Made by a program: the position numbers and the translations under genes. A stretch of DNA of 61,214 nt, from the sequence record DRR723986_6707; one strand, given 5' to 3'. Below, piece by piece: positions 38,838-48,807 of this stretch. The notes under the pieces are model-generated. The model saw only the letters and a program-made list of their open reading frames with translations, was not told the origin of the DNA and did no database searches. Numbering within the stretch: position 1 is the first letter of the stretch; each line of letters begins with the position of its first letter.

Positions 38838-40127
38838 CTATGGCGATTCAATGCGTTTCCAAGAACCGGGGATGATTCCCATGTTGCTGCCGGTCGAGAA
38901 ACCCGGTGGCGGGTAGTTGGCATAGATCGATCGGTATTTGAATTCACAGTCGGATCCGCAAAAGCTTGCACCGCAAACGACGCAGCCGTGGAAGAAAGAA
39001 TTCTTAAAGTCCGGGTTGAAGTTCATTGAGCCCGAAACGTACACCAGGCCGCGAACTTCGCTTGGGTAAGAGTCGCTCGTGTCGTTGTCCTCGCTGTCGC
39101 CATAGGGTGTTCCAGGAGGATTGAAGTTCACAGTAGTTTCATCCAAATCCTGGTCGGAATCAAATTGAATATTCATATTTCCCTGGACAAGCAACGACGG
39201 GAAATTGTTGATGGCCGGTTCCAGCAAGACCTCCTTGTCAATCAAAGAGTTCGAGCCCGCGTTGAGAAGCACTATCGTTCCGACGACCCGCGCGTTCCGA
39301 ATGCGGATGTTGAGCCCTTCGCAATCAATTACGTAGATACCCTCAGCGTTAGTCGCACCCCACGGATTGCTTGTCGGGCTCAACAGAGTGTTTTCCAGAT
39401 TGAAGTAGCCGTCGTATGGTAGCTGTGTAATCTCGATCGCGGTTCCCATGTTGACGTAATAGTCATACACAGACACGTCCGGCAACGGTCTTGCCGGCAC
39501 ACCGTAAGTCGCGGTGCCGTTCCCATAGCCGCCAGCAGATCCTGTGGCCTCCATATCCCCGTCGACATACGCGCCAAACGCGTATGCATTGATGTTGGCG
39601 TTGGAACTGATGAACGTGTTGGTGACGATGCCGACGGTAAGGCCAGGTGTAATGTTCCCGCCGCAATGAAACGCAGATTCGAGCGCGGCGATGGACGTTT
39701 CATCCGTTGGTTGCAATGATACTTCTAGAGCGTGTTCAATATCACCGATGGAGGCAGATGCGTGGATGACGACGCTGTCGGCGGGGTCATTGCCGAGGTT
39801 GCCGTCTGGATCGATTAGCTTCCATCTAAACTCACCACCACCCAGCGATACTGGGGTTGCCGGGTAAGACTGTCCGGACACATAGTTTGTCCTCCAGTTC
39901 GAATCCGCGGCTATGGTTGCAAGAGCGTGTTCAATTCCTGATTCTGCAATGCGTGCCGCCGCATCCCGCGAACCGTTACCCAACGAACGACGCAGGTTGA
40001 TTCGGGCTCCATGAATTGCGCCCAGGGCCAGCATGGCAACGATCAGCGACGCACCGAGAACGGCGATGTAGAGGGCACCGCGTCTGTGACGCGGACGGCG
40101 AATTATCCTGTGTGGGCTGCTATTCAT
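38838..40127 (-). CDS. PilX/GspK-like minor pilin
   Basis: RRG|ALYIAVLGASLIVAMLALG with no Glu5, followed by AARIAESGIEHAL. ATG 40127 overlaps the upstream stop. Confidence 0.75.
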   Translation of the reverse strand: MNSSPHRIIRRPRHRRGALYIAVLGASLIVAMLALGAIHGARINLRRSLGNGSRDAAARIAESGIEHALATIAADSNWRTNYVSGQSYPATPVSLGGGEFRWKLIDPDGNLGNDPADSVVIHASASIGDIEHALEVSLQPTDETSIAALESAFHCGGNITPGLTVGIVTNTFISSNANINAYAFGAYVDGDMEATGSAGGYGNGTATYGVPARPLPDVSVYDYYVNMGTAIEITQLPYDGYFNLENTLLSPTSNPWGATNAEGIYVIDCEGLNIRIRNARVVGTIVLLNAGSNSLIDKEVLLEPAINNFPSLLVQGNMNIQFDSDQDLDETTVNFNPPGTPYGDSEDNDTSDSYPSEVRGLVYVSGSMNFNPDFKNSFFHGCVVCGASFCGSDCEFKYRSIYANYPPPGFSTGSNMGIIPGSWKRIESP

Positions 40128-40752
40128 CAGTTGCGTGATTCTTAACGAATGCCTTCCGGACAGAAGTGTGACCATTGCTATCCAGGGCAATTGAGACAGT
40201 TGCTCCTGCTACTATGCTTTTGTCGGCGTGGGGCGGACGTTGGGTGGCACCAATGTTACTCCGCAGTGCCTGCAGTTCAGTCGTTTGGCTGCTGGGAGAG
40301 GTGACGACCACGGTCACGCGTTTCAGTCCCGACTCAGCAGAGACTGGTGTAAGGGTCGTTGGGTCGACGAACTCGACATTGATTTGCCTAGACCAGCCGG
40401 CTCCGATTGTGAGGGGCGTCCCATCGGCGGTAACGGGAGCCGCAGAATCCCAGCCGTGAAAGTCATCGATGTCGTCGAAGTCCAATCGGTTTGCGGTTCC
40501 TTCACCGGCGTCCGGTCCAATGTATTCACCCGCTTCATCTGGATCTTGATAGGCCGATGCCAGAACTTCGTTGAGTAGCTCCGACGCAAGTAGTGGTCCA
40601 ATGCGGAGCTCCTTAGTGCGTCCTCGTGCAGATGCGACGGATGCAACTGTTTGCACCGAGACGGCTAGCACCATTCCGACAAGAGCCGTCGAAACGACGA
40701 CTTCCACCATGGAGATTGCATTTCTCTCGTGTGTGTGATTGGTGCTGTGCAA
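40120..40752 (-). CDS. PilV/GspI-like minor pilin
   Basis: RNA|ISMVEVVVSTALVG, FDDIDDFHG, LKRVTVVV. Confidence 0.75.
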   Translation of the reverse strand: MHSTNHTHERNAISMVEVVVSTALVGMVLAVSVQTVASVASARGRTKELRIGPLLASELLNEVLASAYQDPDEAGEYIGPDAGEGTANRLDFDDIDDFHGWDSAAPVTADGTPLTIGAGWSRQINVEFVDPTTLTPVSAESGLKRVTVVVTSPSSQTTELQALRSNIGATQRPPHADKSIVAGATVSIALDSNGHTSVRKAFVKNHATDE

Positions 40753-40768
40753 CGCTCGTCTCCCTCTT

Positions 40769-41833
40769 CTACTGTTCGTCTTCGGCAGCGGGAATGAACA
40801 GAGTGGCCGTCACATATGACTGCTCGCGAGTCAGCGTGAAGTGCGTCTCGCTGTGTCGCCCTTCAGTAGTAATTGTCCTGTAGGCAGCTCCTCCGGAGAC
40901 GCCATCGGCCGAATCCATCGTGATCGGTGTATGTTTCGGTATGCCAGGTTCGTCAGTTTTGATGCTGGAACCAACAAACGCGCCGATCCGCAGTGCTATA
41001 CCCAATGAAGACGTTGCATCGACTCCCGGCACGGCAGGCTTTTCACTGCTTCCCTGGTCAGTGATCAGTGAGCCGATTGGAGAGCTGGGATCTACTCCGC
41101 GAAACGTCATCATAAATGTGTAGGCAGACAGCTCCGTACCGAGGGCAAGGTATTCGGTGTGAGCGGCACCGGCGGGGTGGGCCCAGATCGCGAGTGTGAC
41201 TTCGTCGCGGCTATCTACCGCGAGCAGGTACCAACCCTCGGCCTTTGCGTCCTTGAACGTGTTGACGTGGTCACCGCGCGCCGCTGCAACAGCGAAGACT
41301 AGATCGCCTGTCAGAGTCTCCGCGGGCAATGGGAAGTGGAGAATGTTCTGGTCAGAGACTCTCTGTTCAGAGAAGCCTTCTAGGGTGACTGCCGGCACAA
41401 AGAGCTCTGGCTCTTCGACCCCTTCTAGGTCTCGAACAAAATATTCGAAGTCCAGAGAATGGACGCCCGTAAGCAGCGTTGCTGGAGCAGAGCCGTTGTA
41501 CTGTTTCGTGATCGCCGATTCACCTGAGCTGGACCAGGCGTAACGTAGTGTTTCAGGATCGCCATCTCCGTCTCGGTCTGGGACGGTGAATTCGACTGCC
41601 GTCGCAGTCCGCTGCGTGAAACGCTGGGCCGTATTCAGGTCGGCCGCTATCTCTGCAGCGACTGTCGATGCGACAAGTTCTCGCGAGACCAAGCCATCAC
41701 CGCTATCGTAGGCCTGTGTTGCGATAAAAATACTAGCCGCCAAGCCGCCGACAAGAATTGTCGCCGTTGCCATCGAAAGGATCAACTCTATCAGAGTAAA
41801 GGCAGAGCGTTGGATATGGCTGAGGCGGGCCAT
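40769..41833 (-). CDS. PilW/GspJ-like minor pilin with extra C-terminal beta-rich domain
   Basis: RSA|FTLIELILSMA, an internal DRDGDG motif and a C-terminal extension of about 200 aa. Confidence 0.75.
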   Translation of the reverse strand: MARLSHIQRSAFTLIELILSMATATILVGGLAASIFIATQAYDSGDGLVSRELVASTVAAEIAADLNTAQRFTQRTATAVEFTVPDRDGDGDPETLRYAWSSSGESAITKQYNGSAPATLLTGVHSLDFEYFVRDLEGVEEPELFVPAVTLEGFSEQRVSDQNILHFPLPAETLTGDLVFAVAAARGDHVNTFKDAKAEGWYLLAVDSRDEVTLAIWAHPAGAAHTEYLALGTELSAYTFMMTFRGVDPSSPIGSLITDQGSSEKPAVPGVDATSSLGIALRIGAFVGSSIKTDEPGIPKHTPITMDSADGVSGGAAYRTITTEGRHSETHFTLTREQSYVTATLFIPAAEDEQ

Positions 41834-41877
41834 CTATTTTTCTCAATCCGAAAGGGGCTGTTCGAGGCAGATTCTCG

Positions 41878-42348
41878 TTACGGGATGGTGACAAAACCGG
41901 TTGTTGAATTGACCGTCAGCGTGATTGAAGCACCGCCGTGTGATAACGTTATCGATCCGCCGGAGCTGGGTGTTCCATACATGTCGAACTGAACAACTGT
42001 CACGCCCCCAAAATCCACCGCATCAATTGACACTGGGCTCTCGGTTTGCGTCAGGTCTACCGTGTAGGTTGATTCGCCATTGGGGCTGGCGACGTCTAGG
42101 CTTCCGTAGATATTGCTGCCAATGTCAAACACAACAGTCGCCCTCTTGCCGCGATTCTTAGCAGCCATGCGAATGTAGCCAATGTCCGCGGCGACTCGTC
42201 CTGCTGCTGTGCGCAGTTGTGAGACTGCAACGCTATGCGAGATTCTTGGGACGGCGATAGCAGCAAGGATTGCTGTGATCGTGACCGTCACCACGACTTC
42301 AATAAGGTTGAAGCCTTGCCTCTTCACGTAATATGCAGGTTGGGGCAT
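41878..42348 (-). CDS. FimT/GspH-like minor pilin
   Basis: RQG|FNLIEVVVTVTITAILAAIAVP, VQFDMYGTPSSGGSITL, TGFV. Confidence 0.82.
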   Translation of the reverse strand: MPQPAYYVKRQGFNLIEVVVTVTITAILAAIAVPRISHSVAVSQLRTAAGRVAADIGYIRMAAKNRGKRATVVFDIGSNIYGSLDVASPNGESTYTVDLTQTESPVSIDAVDFGGVTVVQFDMYGTPSSGGSITLSHGGASITLTVNSTTGFVTIP

Positions 42349-42546
42349 CTATCTCGGCACACTTTTTCTACAGAACACTGAGTTGGCGCTGTAGTAAGTA
42401 GCACTGAGGGGAAAGCCGCGGAAGAGAAAAGTGCGCAATCACGCCACTTGGTCGTATCCATTCTAACGACGGTGCCGTCTGTACGGTTCAGAGCGGTTGG
42501 CATGGGGCAGATGGACCGGTTGGCCGCATGACTGCTCGCCCAGGCC

Positions 42547-45033
42547 CTAGAGCCAACCAAGCGCGACCGCGGAGTAACGTACAACGAGTGTTGCCGCCAC
42601 GACGCTAACCATACTCATGAGCTTGATCAAGATGTTCAGGCTCGGTCCGCTGGTATCTTTGAAGGGATCTCCGACCGTGTCACCGACGACCGATGCCTTG
42701 TGAGCTTCTGAGCCCTTACCGCCCAATTCGCCGCTTTCGATATACTTCTTGGCGTTGTCCCACGCGCCGCCAGAATTGCTCATGAAGATCGCGACACAGA
42801 ATCCGCAGGCAAGCGATCCGGCAAGCAAACCAAGAACACCGCCAACTCCCAAAATCAGCCCAGTTGCAATCGGAGTGGCGAGACCAAGGATAGCAGGCAG
42901 TACCATTTCCCATTGGGCAGCTTTGGTGCTGATGAGCACCGGAGTTGCATAGTCCGGCTTGACCTCACCGGTGAGGATTCCGGGAGTCTCAGCCAGTTGT
43001 CGTCGAACCTCTTCGACCATCCCCTGTGCGGCGCGTCCGACGGCTTTCATTGTCATGGCGCAGAATACGAACGTGGCCATCGCTCCCACGAACAAACCTA
43101 TCAGCACGCGTGGGTTCATTACCGATGCATCGTAGTAGTTTGTGAAGTCCGTGAGTGTTGCAAGGCTGACGGCGATCAGTGGAGCTCCTGAAGCCGCGAG
43201 CGTTAGTTGCGGGCCATATTCACCGTTTCCTGTCTGGATGATTGTCGAATCAAGTTGTGCTGGCCCTTGCGAGAATTCCACTTCGGTCCACTGCTCTCGC
43301 ACGCGTAGATCATTTTGTAGATACGGTGGAACCAGGAACCCCGTGGATTCATCGCCTTGTTTGAGCACAACAAAGCCAGGCGATAGCTTGTAAGCGCCGT
43401 CCTCGCTGACGATCGCTACGGTGTCCTCAGCCCAAACTTCGAAACCGGTTCGAACAACTTCTACATAGGCAGCTAGGAGAGCAAGCGCCGTTAGGGCAGC
43501 CGAACCAATTGCAAATCCCTTGCCGGTAGCTGCCGTTGTGTTGCCAAGCGAATCGAGAGCGTCGGTGCGCTGACGCACGGTTGCTTCCAGGCCTGCCATC
43601 TCAGCATTACCGCCTGCGTTGTCCGCGATTGGTCCGTAAGCGTCCGTCGCCAGAGTGATGCCAAGCGTGCTGAGCATTCCAACAGCCGCGATGCCAACGC
43701 CATAAAGTCCCAATGCAAAGAACTGGGGCTCGTTGAGATTCCAACCGCAAGCAAAGCCGAATGCTGAAAGCGTCGCGACGCAAATGGTGATCACTGGAGC
43801 CCAGACGCTGCCCATGCCATCAGCGATGCCGCCAATAATGATCGTCGCTGGACCGGTTTTGGCTTGAGCGGCCAACTTTCGCGTTGGCGGAAATTCGTCA
43901 CTGGTTGCATACTCGGTGTACTTTCCGATCAGCCAGCCTGCCGCAAGCCCGATTATGACACTGAATGCTACACCGGGGATAAGCGAGAAGAACACAGTGC
44001 CTTCAACGTTGGGCATGAGCCAGATGGTCAGGCCGATTGCGGTTGCACAGACGGCAATGGACGAAGTGTCGATGCCTCGAGCGAGCGCTGCGAGCAGGTT
44101 TTTCTGAGTTGCATCTTCATTTGTTCTAACCAGGTAGATTCCGGCAATCGACCAGAGTATGCCGCACGCAGCCAACGCCATCGGCAAGAGCATCGCCGCG
44201 ATCTGATTGTTGACTCGAGCCGCTTCGTCGATGCCTTCGATAAGGAATGGGCTGGCGAAAGCGGCAACTCCAAGTGCGCCAGTTGCAAGAATTGAGCCGC
44301 AGTAGGATTCGTAAAGGTCGGCTCCCATCCCGGCAACATCACCGACATTGTCTCCAACGTTGTCGGCGATCGTGGCGGGGTTGCGAGGCGAATCTTCGCT
44401 CATGCTCTGTTCGACTTTACCAACCAAATCCGCACCGACATCAGCGGCTTTCGTAAAAATGCCGCCGCCAACGCGAGCGAAAAGCGCTTGAACGCTAGCT
44501 CCCATCGTGAAACATAGCATTGCAACGGAGATGGTCTCCAAGCTTAATGCATTCTGGCTGCCAAACAACTTGGGCCAACCCCAGTACAGAAGGCCGAACC
44601 AGAGTGTGACATATGCTAGACCTAGGCCTACGACGGTTAGCCCCATCACACTGCCGCTTCGAAACGCGACTTGTAGACCCTGGTCGAGTGAATTGCGGCA
44701 GGCCGCTGCGGTGCGTGCACTCGCCTGGGTAGCCGTCTTCATTCCTAGCCAGCCGCTGAGTGCCGAGAAGATACCGCCGGTGACGAAACCAATGGCGATG
44801 TAGCCGTCGTATACTCCTGCGGCCAGCACGATTGCTAAAGTGCAGAGTGCGATGGACACGATTACATACTGCTGCTTCAGGTAAGCGTTCGCACCGTCGC
44901 GCACGGCTTTGGCGATCCGCCGCATTTCATCGGTGCCTTCATCGCACGAAATCATCCAGCGATAGAATACGGTAGCCTGCAAAAGCGCGAGACCAGAAGC
45001 GACGAGACAGAATATCCAAATGAAGACTTCCAT
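42547..45033 (-). CDS. hppA: K+-dependent membrane-integral pyrophosphatase (probably Na+-translocating)
   Basis: [47 protein letters not shown] (Ala marks K+-dependence), [14 protein letters not shown]. Confidence 0.95.
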   Translation of the reverse strand: MEVFIWIFCLVASGLALLQATVFYRWMISCDEGTDEMRRIAKAVRDGANAYLKQQYVIVSIALCTLAIVLAAGVYDGYIAIGFVTGGIFSALSGWLGMKTATQASARTAAACRNSLDQGLQVAFRSGSVMGLTVVGLGLAYVTLWFGLLYWGWPKLFGSQNALSLETISVAMLCFTMGASVQALFARVGGGIFTKAADVGADLVGKVEQSMSEDSPRNPATIADNVGDNVGDVAGMGADLYESYCGSILATGALGVAAFASPFLIEGIDEAARVNNQIAAMLLPMALAACGILWSIAGIYLVRTNEDATQKNLLAALARGIDTSSIAVCATAIGLTIWLMPNVEGTVFFSLIPGVAFSVIIGLAAGWLIGKYTEYATSDEFPPTRKLAAQAKTGPATIIIGGIADGMGSVWAPVITICVATLSAFGFACGWNLNEPQFFALGLYGVGIAAVGMLSTLGITLATDAYGPIADNAGGNAEMAGLEATVRQRTDALDSLGNTTAATGKGFAIGSAALTALALLAAYVEVVRTGFEVWAEDTVAIVSEDGAYKLSPGFVVLKQGDESTGFLVPPYLQNDLRVREQWTEVEFSQGPAQLDSTIIQTGNGEYGPQLTLAASGAPLIAVSLATLTDFTNYYDASVMNPRVLIGLFVGAMATFVFCAMTMKAVGRAAQGMVEEVRRQLAETPGILTGEVKPDYATPVLISTKAAQWEMVLPAILGLATPIATGLILGVGGVLGLLAGSLACGFCVAIFMSNSGGAWDNAKKYIESGELGGKGSEAHKASVVGDTVGDPFKDTSGPSLNILIKLMSMVSVVAATLVVRYSAVALGWL

Positions 45034-45226
45034 GATTCATTCAGTTCGATTGGAAAGTGAGAACTTTTGAGGGCCGAGAGTGTGCACTGGCGCAGAATCG
45101 GCGTCGCATGACTGCCACTGCAATCGATCGACCACGCCAGAGGGTCAGGATAGCAATCTGCCGTAAAAATGTGCAGTAGGGGGTGCAGGATTTCTTAGGT
45201 GCTTTTTAACGTTGCGAATTGTCCCG

Positions 45227-46672
45227 CTAAACGTGTTTCCCAAGTGGTGGCGCCTCCCACCGCGTGGCGGGTTTTCCTGGCGGTGGGTCGGACTGTTCAA
45301 GCAATGTATCCGCAGCGCGGAAGCCGCTCAGGATGGCACCTTCCATGGTTGCTGGCCATCCGTTGTCGACCCAGTCTCCTGCTACGATGCAGCCGGAGTG
45401 TAGCTCTTGCTTGGGGCGATTCATCTGAGTGCCAGGCGTAAAGGAGAACACGGCGTTCGGGTCGGTGACGGCCTTGATTCGCAATAACTTCCGTTTGCGA
45501 ACGTCTGGGAAAATGCTCTCCAGGTCCGAGACGATCAGCTCTCGCAGAGTGTCCGATTCTGATGCAGGAGGTAGTTCTCTTGAAGCACTCACGACTATCT
45601 GATAGTACGTCTGCGTTGCCGACGGTTGGCCTGCGGTAGGGTGATGAAAGACCCATTGTGACAAACGATCGACAATTGCCGCATGCTCGTGCGTAAGCCA
45701 AGGTCCGTCCCACCAAGTATGAATTCCAGAGATCGGGGACGACTCCAGCTTTTCCGCTCCCTTGGCAATATCAGCTAGCCCCGGGCAAGTGAGATCGCTG
45801 TTGTTCAGGATTCGAGCAGTCTGTTTCCACGGAGTAGCGAGGACAACCGCGTCAGCCTCAAGCGTTGTGCGATCGCCAGTTTTGGCGAGATGAACCGTCG
45901 GATTCTGCAGGCTTTGATCGAAGCATTGCAGTGACTCGACTTTTGTACCCAGGATTATTGAGACACCATGTTCTCGCAACGATCGCTCGATGTCCGACCC
46001 AAATAGTTGTCCAAGGGGGCGCTGTGGTACAAGAAGATGAAAGGCATCGCGGTGTCGCAGAAATCCATCTTGCATCACTTTGCAGACCGCTGCCATGCTG
46101 GCTCGTTCAATCGTCTCACCGAGGGCGCTGACAATGATGGTTCCCCAAAAGCGATTGATGGAGTTGGGAGTTTGACCAGCGTCAATTAGCCACTGTCGGG
46201 CGTTCATTGAGTCCAGTTTATCGATCTCCGTGACGCGATCGATCTTCAGCATCCCCTTCGCTATGCAGAAGCGATCTCCTAAGGACAAGCCCGGCCAGAA
46301 CAGGAGCCACGTCGCCAAGTGCGTTGGTGCGGGGAGGCCCGGCAATGCCTTTAGCTTTTGATATCGCCCGTTCGGTGAATAGAAGTGCAGTTCGCGAACC
46401 CGTTTCCAGTCGTCCGACTGACCGAGCATTTCGATCAGTTGCATCAGATTCGTGCAGCAGCCCATTCCGACGTGTTGGCAGTAGTCAATCTCCGCGCCGA
46501 CGCTGTCTTCCGCCGTATCATCGCGTTGTGTAGGGCGAAAGGATCCGGCACGGCCGCCCAGTCTTTGGCGGGCGTCTAGAAGTGTGACCTGCACGCCGGA
46601 TTTTGCGAGGGCCAGCGCTACAGAGCAACCCGCAAGACCACCGCCAACCACAATTGCACTTTCCAACTTCAT
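45227..46672 (-). CDS. hpnE: Hydroxysqualene dehydroxylase HpnE
   Basis: VVGGGLAG, LGGRAGS, IDYCQHV.MGCCTN, AGDWVDNGWPATMEGAILSG. Follows hpnC-hpnD. ATG 46672 preferred. Confidence 0.88.
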   Translation of the reverse strand: MKLESAIVVGGGLAGCSVALALAKSGVQVTLLDARQRLGGRAGSFRPTQRDDTAEDSVGAEIDYCQHVGMGCCTNLMQLIEMLGQSDDWKRVRELHFYSPNGRYQKLKALPGLPAPTHLATWLLFWPGLSLGDRFCIAKGMLKIDRVTEIDKLDSMNARQWLIDAGQTPNSINRFWGTIIVSALGETIERASMAAVCKVMQDGFLRHRDAFHLLVPQRPLGQLFGSDIERSLREHGVSIILGTKVESLQCFDQSLQNPTVHLAKTGDRTTLEADAVVLATPWKQTARILNNSDLTCPGLADIAKGAEKLESSPISGIHTWWDGPWLTHEHAAIVDRLSQWVFHHPTAGQPSATQTYYQIVVSASRELPPASESDTLRELIVSDLESIFPDVRKRKLLRIKAVTDPNAVFSFTPGTQMNRPKQELHSGCIVAGDWVDNGWPATMEGAILSGFRAADTLLEQSDPPPGKPATRWEAPPLGKHV

Positions 46673-46700
46673 TGTTTTTCCGATGGCGACGGGGTTTCCG

Positions 46701-47600
46701 CTAAGCTCGCAGAAGGGTTCGACTGGCAAGTTTAAGCTTTTGCAAACGCGTCAATCGAACTTTCGGACCATTCCACAAGGTGGCTTTGTTCGAGTCGACG
46801 TTGTCAAGCAATTGATGGTAGCTCTGCCACATGAGCCGGAACATTCGCTTGCCGTCTGGAGCAAGCTGGTTCGAAATCTCTTGCCCCTCTTGGTAGTAGC
46901 CTCTCGCCCTGGCGATGCATTCGTCGATCATTGCCAGCCATCCGCGGTCTGGCGAGCCTGCCAACCAGGAATCTGTCGCGATGTCAAACTTCTCAAAGTC
47001 GCTCTGGGGAAGGTAGATCCGGCCGTTGGCTGCGTCTTCGGCGATGTCCCGGAGGATATTCGTCAGTTGAAACGCATAGCCGCACTTCAGCGCAGCTTCT
47101 TCATCGGCGAGCGTATCTGACTTCCAAATGTACGTACAAGCGATGCCAACCGTTGAAGCGACTTGATAGCAGTAACGCAGCGTTTCGTCCCAGCTCGATG
47201 GCTGGACGAAGTCCTGGTCCGAATGGCAGCCTGCAATCAGATCAGTCAGTAACTTTTGCGGGATGGAATATCTGTTGACTGCATCGGTTAGAGATGGCCA
47301 GAGCGCAGAGTATTTTGGAAGCAGCAATTCGCATCGGGGACTGTTGTCTGTCTGTGTGGGATTCAGAAGCTGCCGCTCGGTGTCTTGGGCCCAAAGTCCA
47401 AGCGCGTTTGCATTCGAAGTTTCATCAGCCGTCGAATCGCTGAGGTCGTCAGTGATGCGGGAGAATGCATAAAGGGCTTCCATTGCGAGCTTACGCGGTC
47501 GAGTGAGTAGCCGAAATGCCGGGTAGAAGCTACTACCGCTCTGCTGGCAGACTTCTCGGCACCAGGATTGACTTTCGGCGAGGGGCGATGGCTGCGTCAT
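46701..47600 (-). CDS. hpnD: Presqualene diphosphate synthase HpnD
   Basis: SGSSFYPAF, LYAFSRITDDLSD, YCYQVASTVG, AFQLTNILRDIAED, GRIYLP. Confidence 0.87.
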   Translation of the reverse strand: MTQPSPLAESQSWCREVCQQSGSSFYPAFRLLTRPRKLAMEALYAFSRITDDLSDSTADETSNANALGLWAQDTERQLLNPTQTDNSPRCELLLPKYSALWPSLTDAVNRYSIPQKLLTDLIAGCHSDQDFVQPSSWDETLRYCYQVASTVGIACTYIWKSDTLADEEAALKCGYAFQLTNILRDIAEDAANGRIYLPQSDFEKFDIATDSWLAGSPDRGWLAMIDECIARARGYYQEGQEISNQLAPDGKRMFRLMWQSYHQLLDNVDSNKATLWNGPKVRLTRLQKLKLASRTLLRA

Positions 47601-48691
47601 TCGGCGTGCCCCGTGGTGTTCTCGCGGCGCACGAAAGTGCTTGAGCTCAGCGGCAGCGCTCGACGGGCAATTGCGCGAAGCAGCAGCCCCAGCTTGGTTG
47701 CCTTTGAGACAGTGGGGCGTTTAGTCCAAACGTCAAAGTCTTGCCGCTGGATAGCATCGAGAATCGCTTCACCGCCGCGAATAAACAACTCTACGTCGAT
47801 CGCCAGCCACTTTGGAACACGCTGAATCAGGGGGCGTCCCGCTTGGAAAAGACTTCGAGTGTCGTCGACCCACTGCCGAAGCATGGTTTTCATCTCTGGC
47901 TTGACGGACCGATTGAGAATGTCGTGCTCGGAAACGTCGAATCGCTGCATCAACTCTAGCGGAACATAGATGCGATCCAAAAGTGCGTCACGCGAAACGT
48001 CTTGGCAGAAATTCGCGATCTGCAAACCGGTGCAAACATGGTCGCTAAGCTGGCAATTCTCTGGCGTGTCGGCACCGGCTAATTGCAATAAGATGCGCCC
48101 AACCGGGTTGGCTGACCGTTGGCAGTAGTCAAATAGATCTTCATTGGAGCGATAGCGGTGGACGCTTTGGTCTTGCACAAACGCATCTAGCAGGTCAAAG
48201 AACGGCTTGGCGGAGAGTTGGTTTTCGACGGCTGTTGCCCGAAGTGCTTGCAATACTGGATGGGCGGGTTCTCTGTGCGGGGAATTCTCAACGGCGGTCG
48301 CGTTGTCGGGAGGCGCGTTGTCGACGGTCGCGCTGCCAGTGGGCGTTTCGTGTGGAAAACACAGGCGGGCTTCTTCGCGCCAGGCACTCAGCAGTTGAAG
48401 ACTTTCATCTGCCGAAGCGACTTCGTCGGCCAAGTTGTCGCTCCACCTACAGTAGGCGTATATGTTGTAGAAGTGCGGGCGGAGCTTTTGAGGTAAGAGC
48501 CACGAGACAACGCTAAAGTTCTCGTAGTGTCGCGTTGCCCAGGTTTTACAGTACTCGAATGATTCGCTAAGACTGAGTTTTGGGCCCGGGAAGTGGGTTT
48601 TCGAAGTCGAGAGGGCGTTTGGGCCGAAGCGGGCAAGTTCTTCTTCGAAAAAAGCCTGATCGGCGGTCGTGCTGCTGGAGGCCGTCGGCAT
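47597..48691 (-). CDS. hpnC: Squalene synthase subunit HpnC
   Basis: HYENFSVVS, YAYCRWSDNLADE, LLDAFVQDQ, YCQRSANPVGR, CTGLQIANFCQDV. Confidence 0.9.
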   Translation of the reverse strand: MPTASSSTTADQAFFEEELARFGPNALSTSKTHFPGPKLSLSESFEYCKTWATRHYENFSVVSWLLPQKLRPHFYNIYAYCRWSDNLADEVASADESLQLLSAWREEARLCFPHETPTGSATVDNAPPDNATAVENSPHREPAHPVLQALRATAVENQLSAKPFFDLLDAFVQDQSVHRYRSNEDLFDYCQRSANPVGRILLQLAGADTPENCQLSDHVCTGLQIANFCQDVSRDALLDRIYVPLELMQRFDVSEHDILNRSVKPEMKTMLRQWVDDTRSLFQAGRPLIQRVPKWLAIDVELFIRGGEAILDAIQRQDFDVWTKRPTVSKATKLGLLLRAIARRALPLSSSTFVRRENTTGHAE

Positions 48692-48807
48692 AAAATAGAC
48701 TTCTCTTTGTGTGTTAGCAGCAGCGACGTGGCGGACTGTCGGATCTAAAGTAACCGGCAGATTCAGGCGACCGGCAGGATTTTATCTAAATCGGGAACAA
48801 GTGGACT

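Noticed and set aside
42349-42546. c-di-GMP riboswitch upstream of the pilin operon
   Set aside because: No GEMM-type GGCAAA...GAAA...CGCAAA elements on the coding strand.
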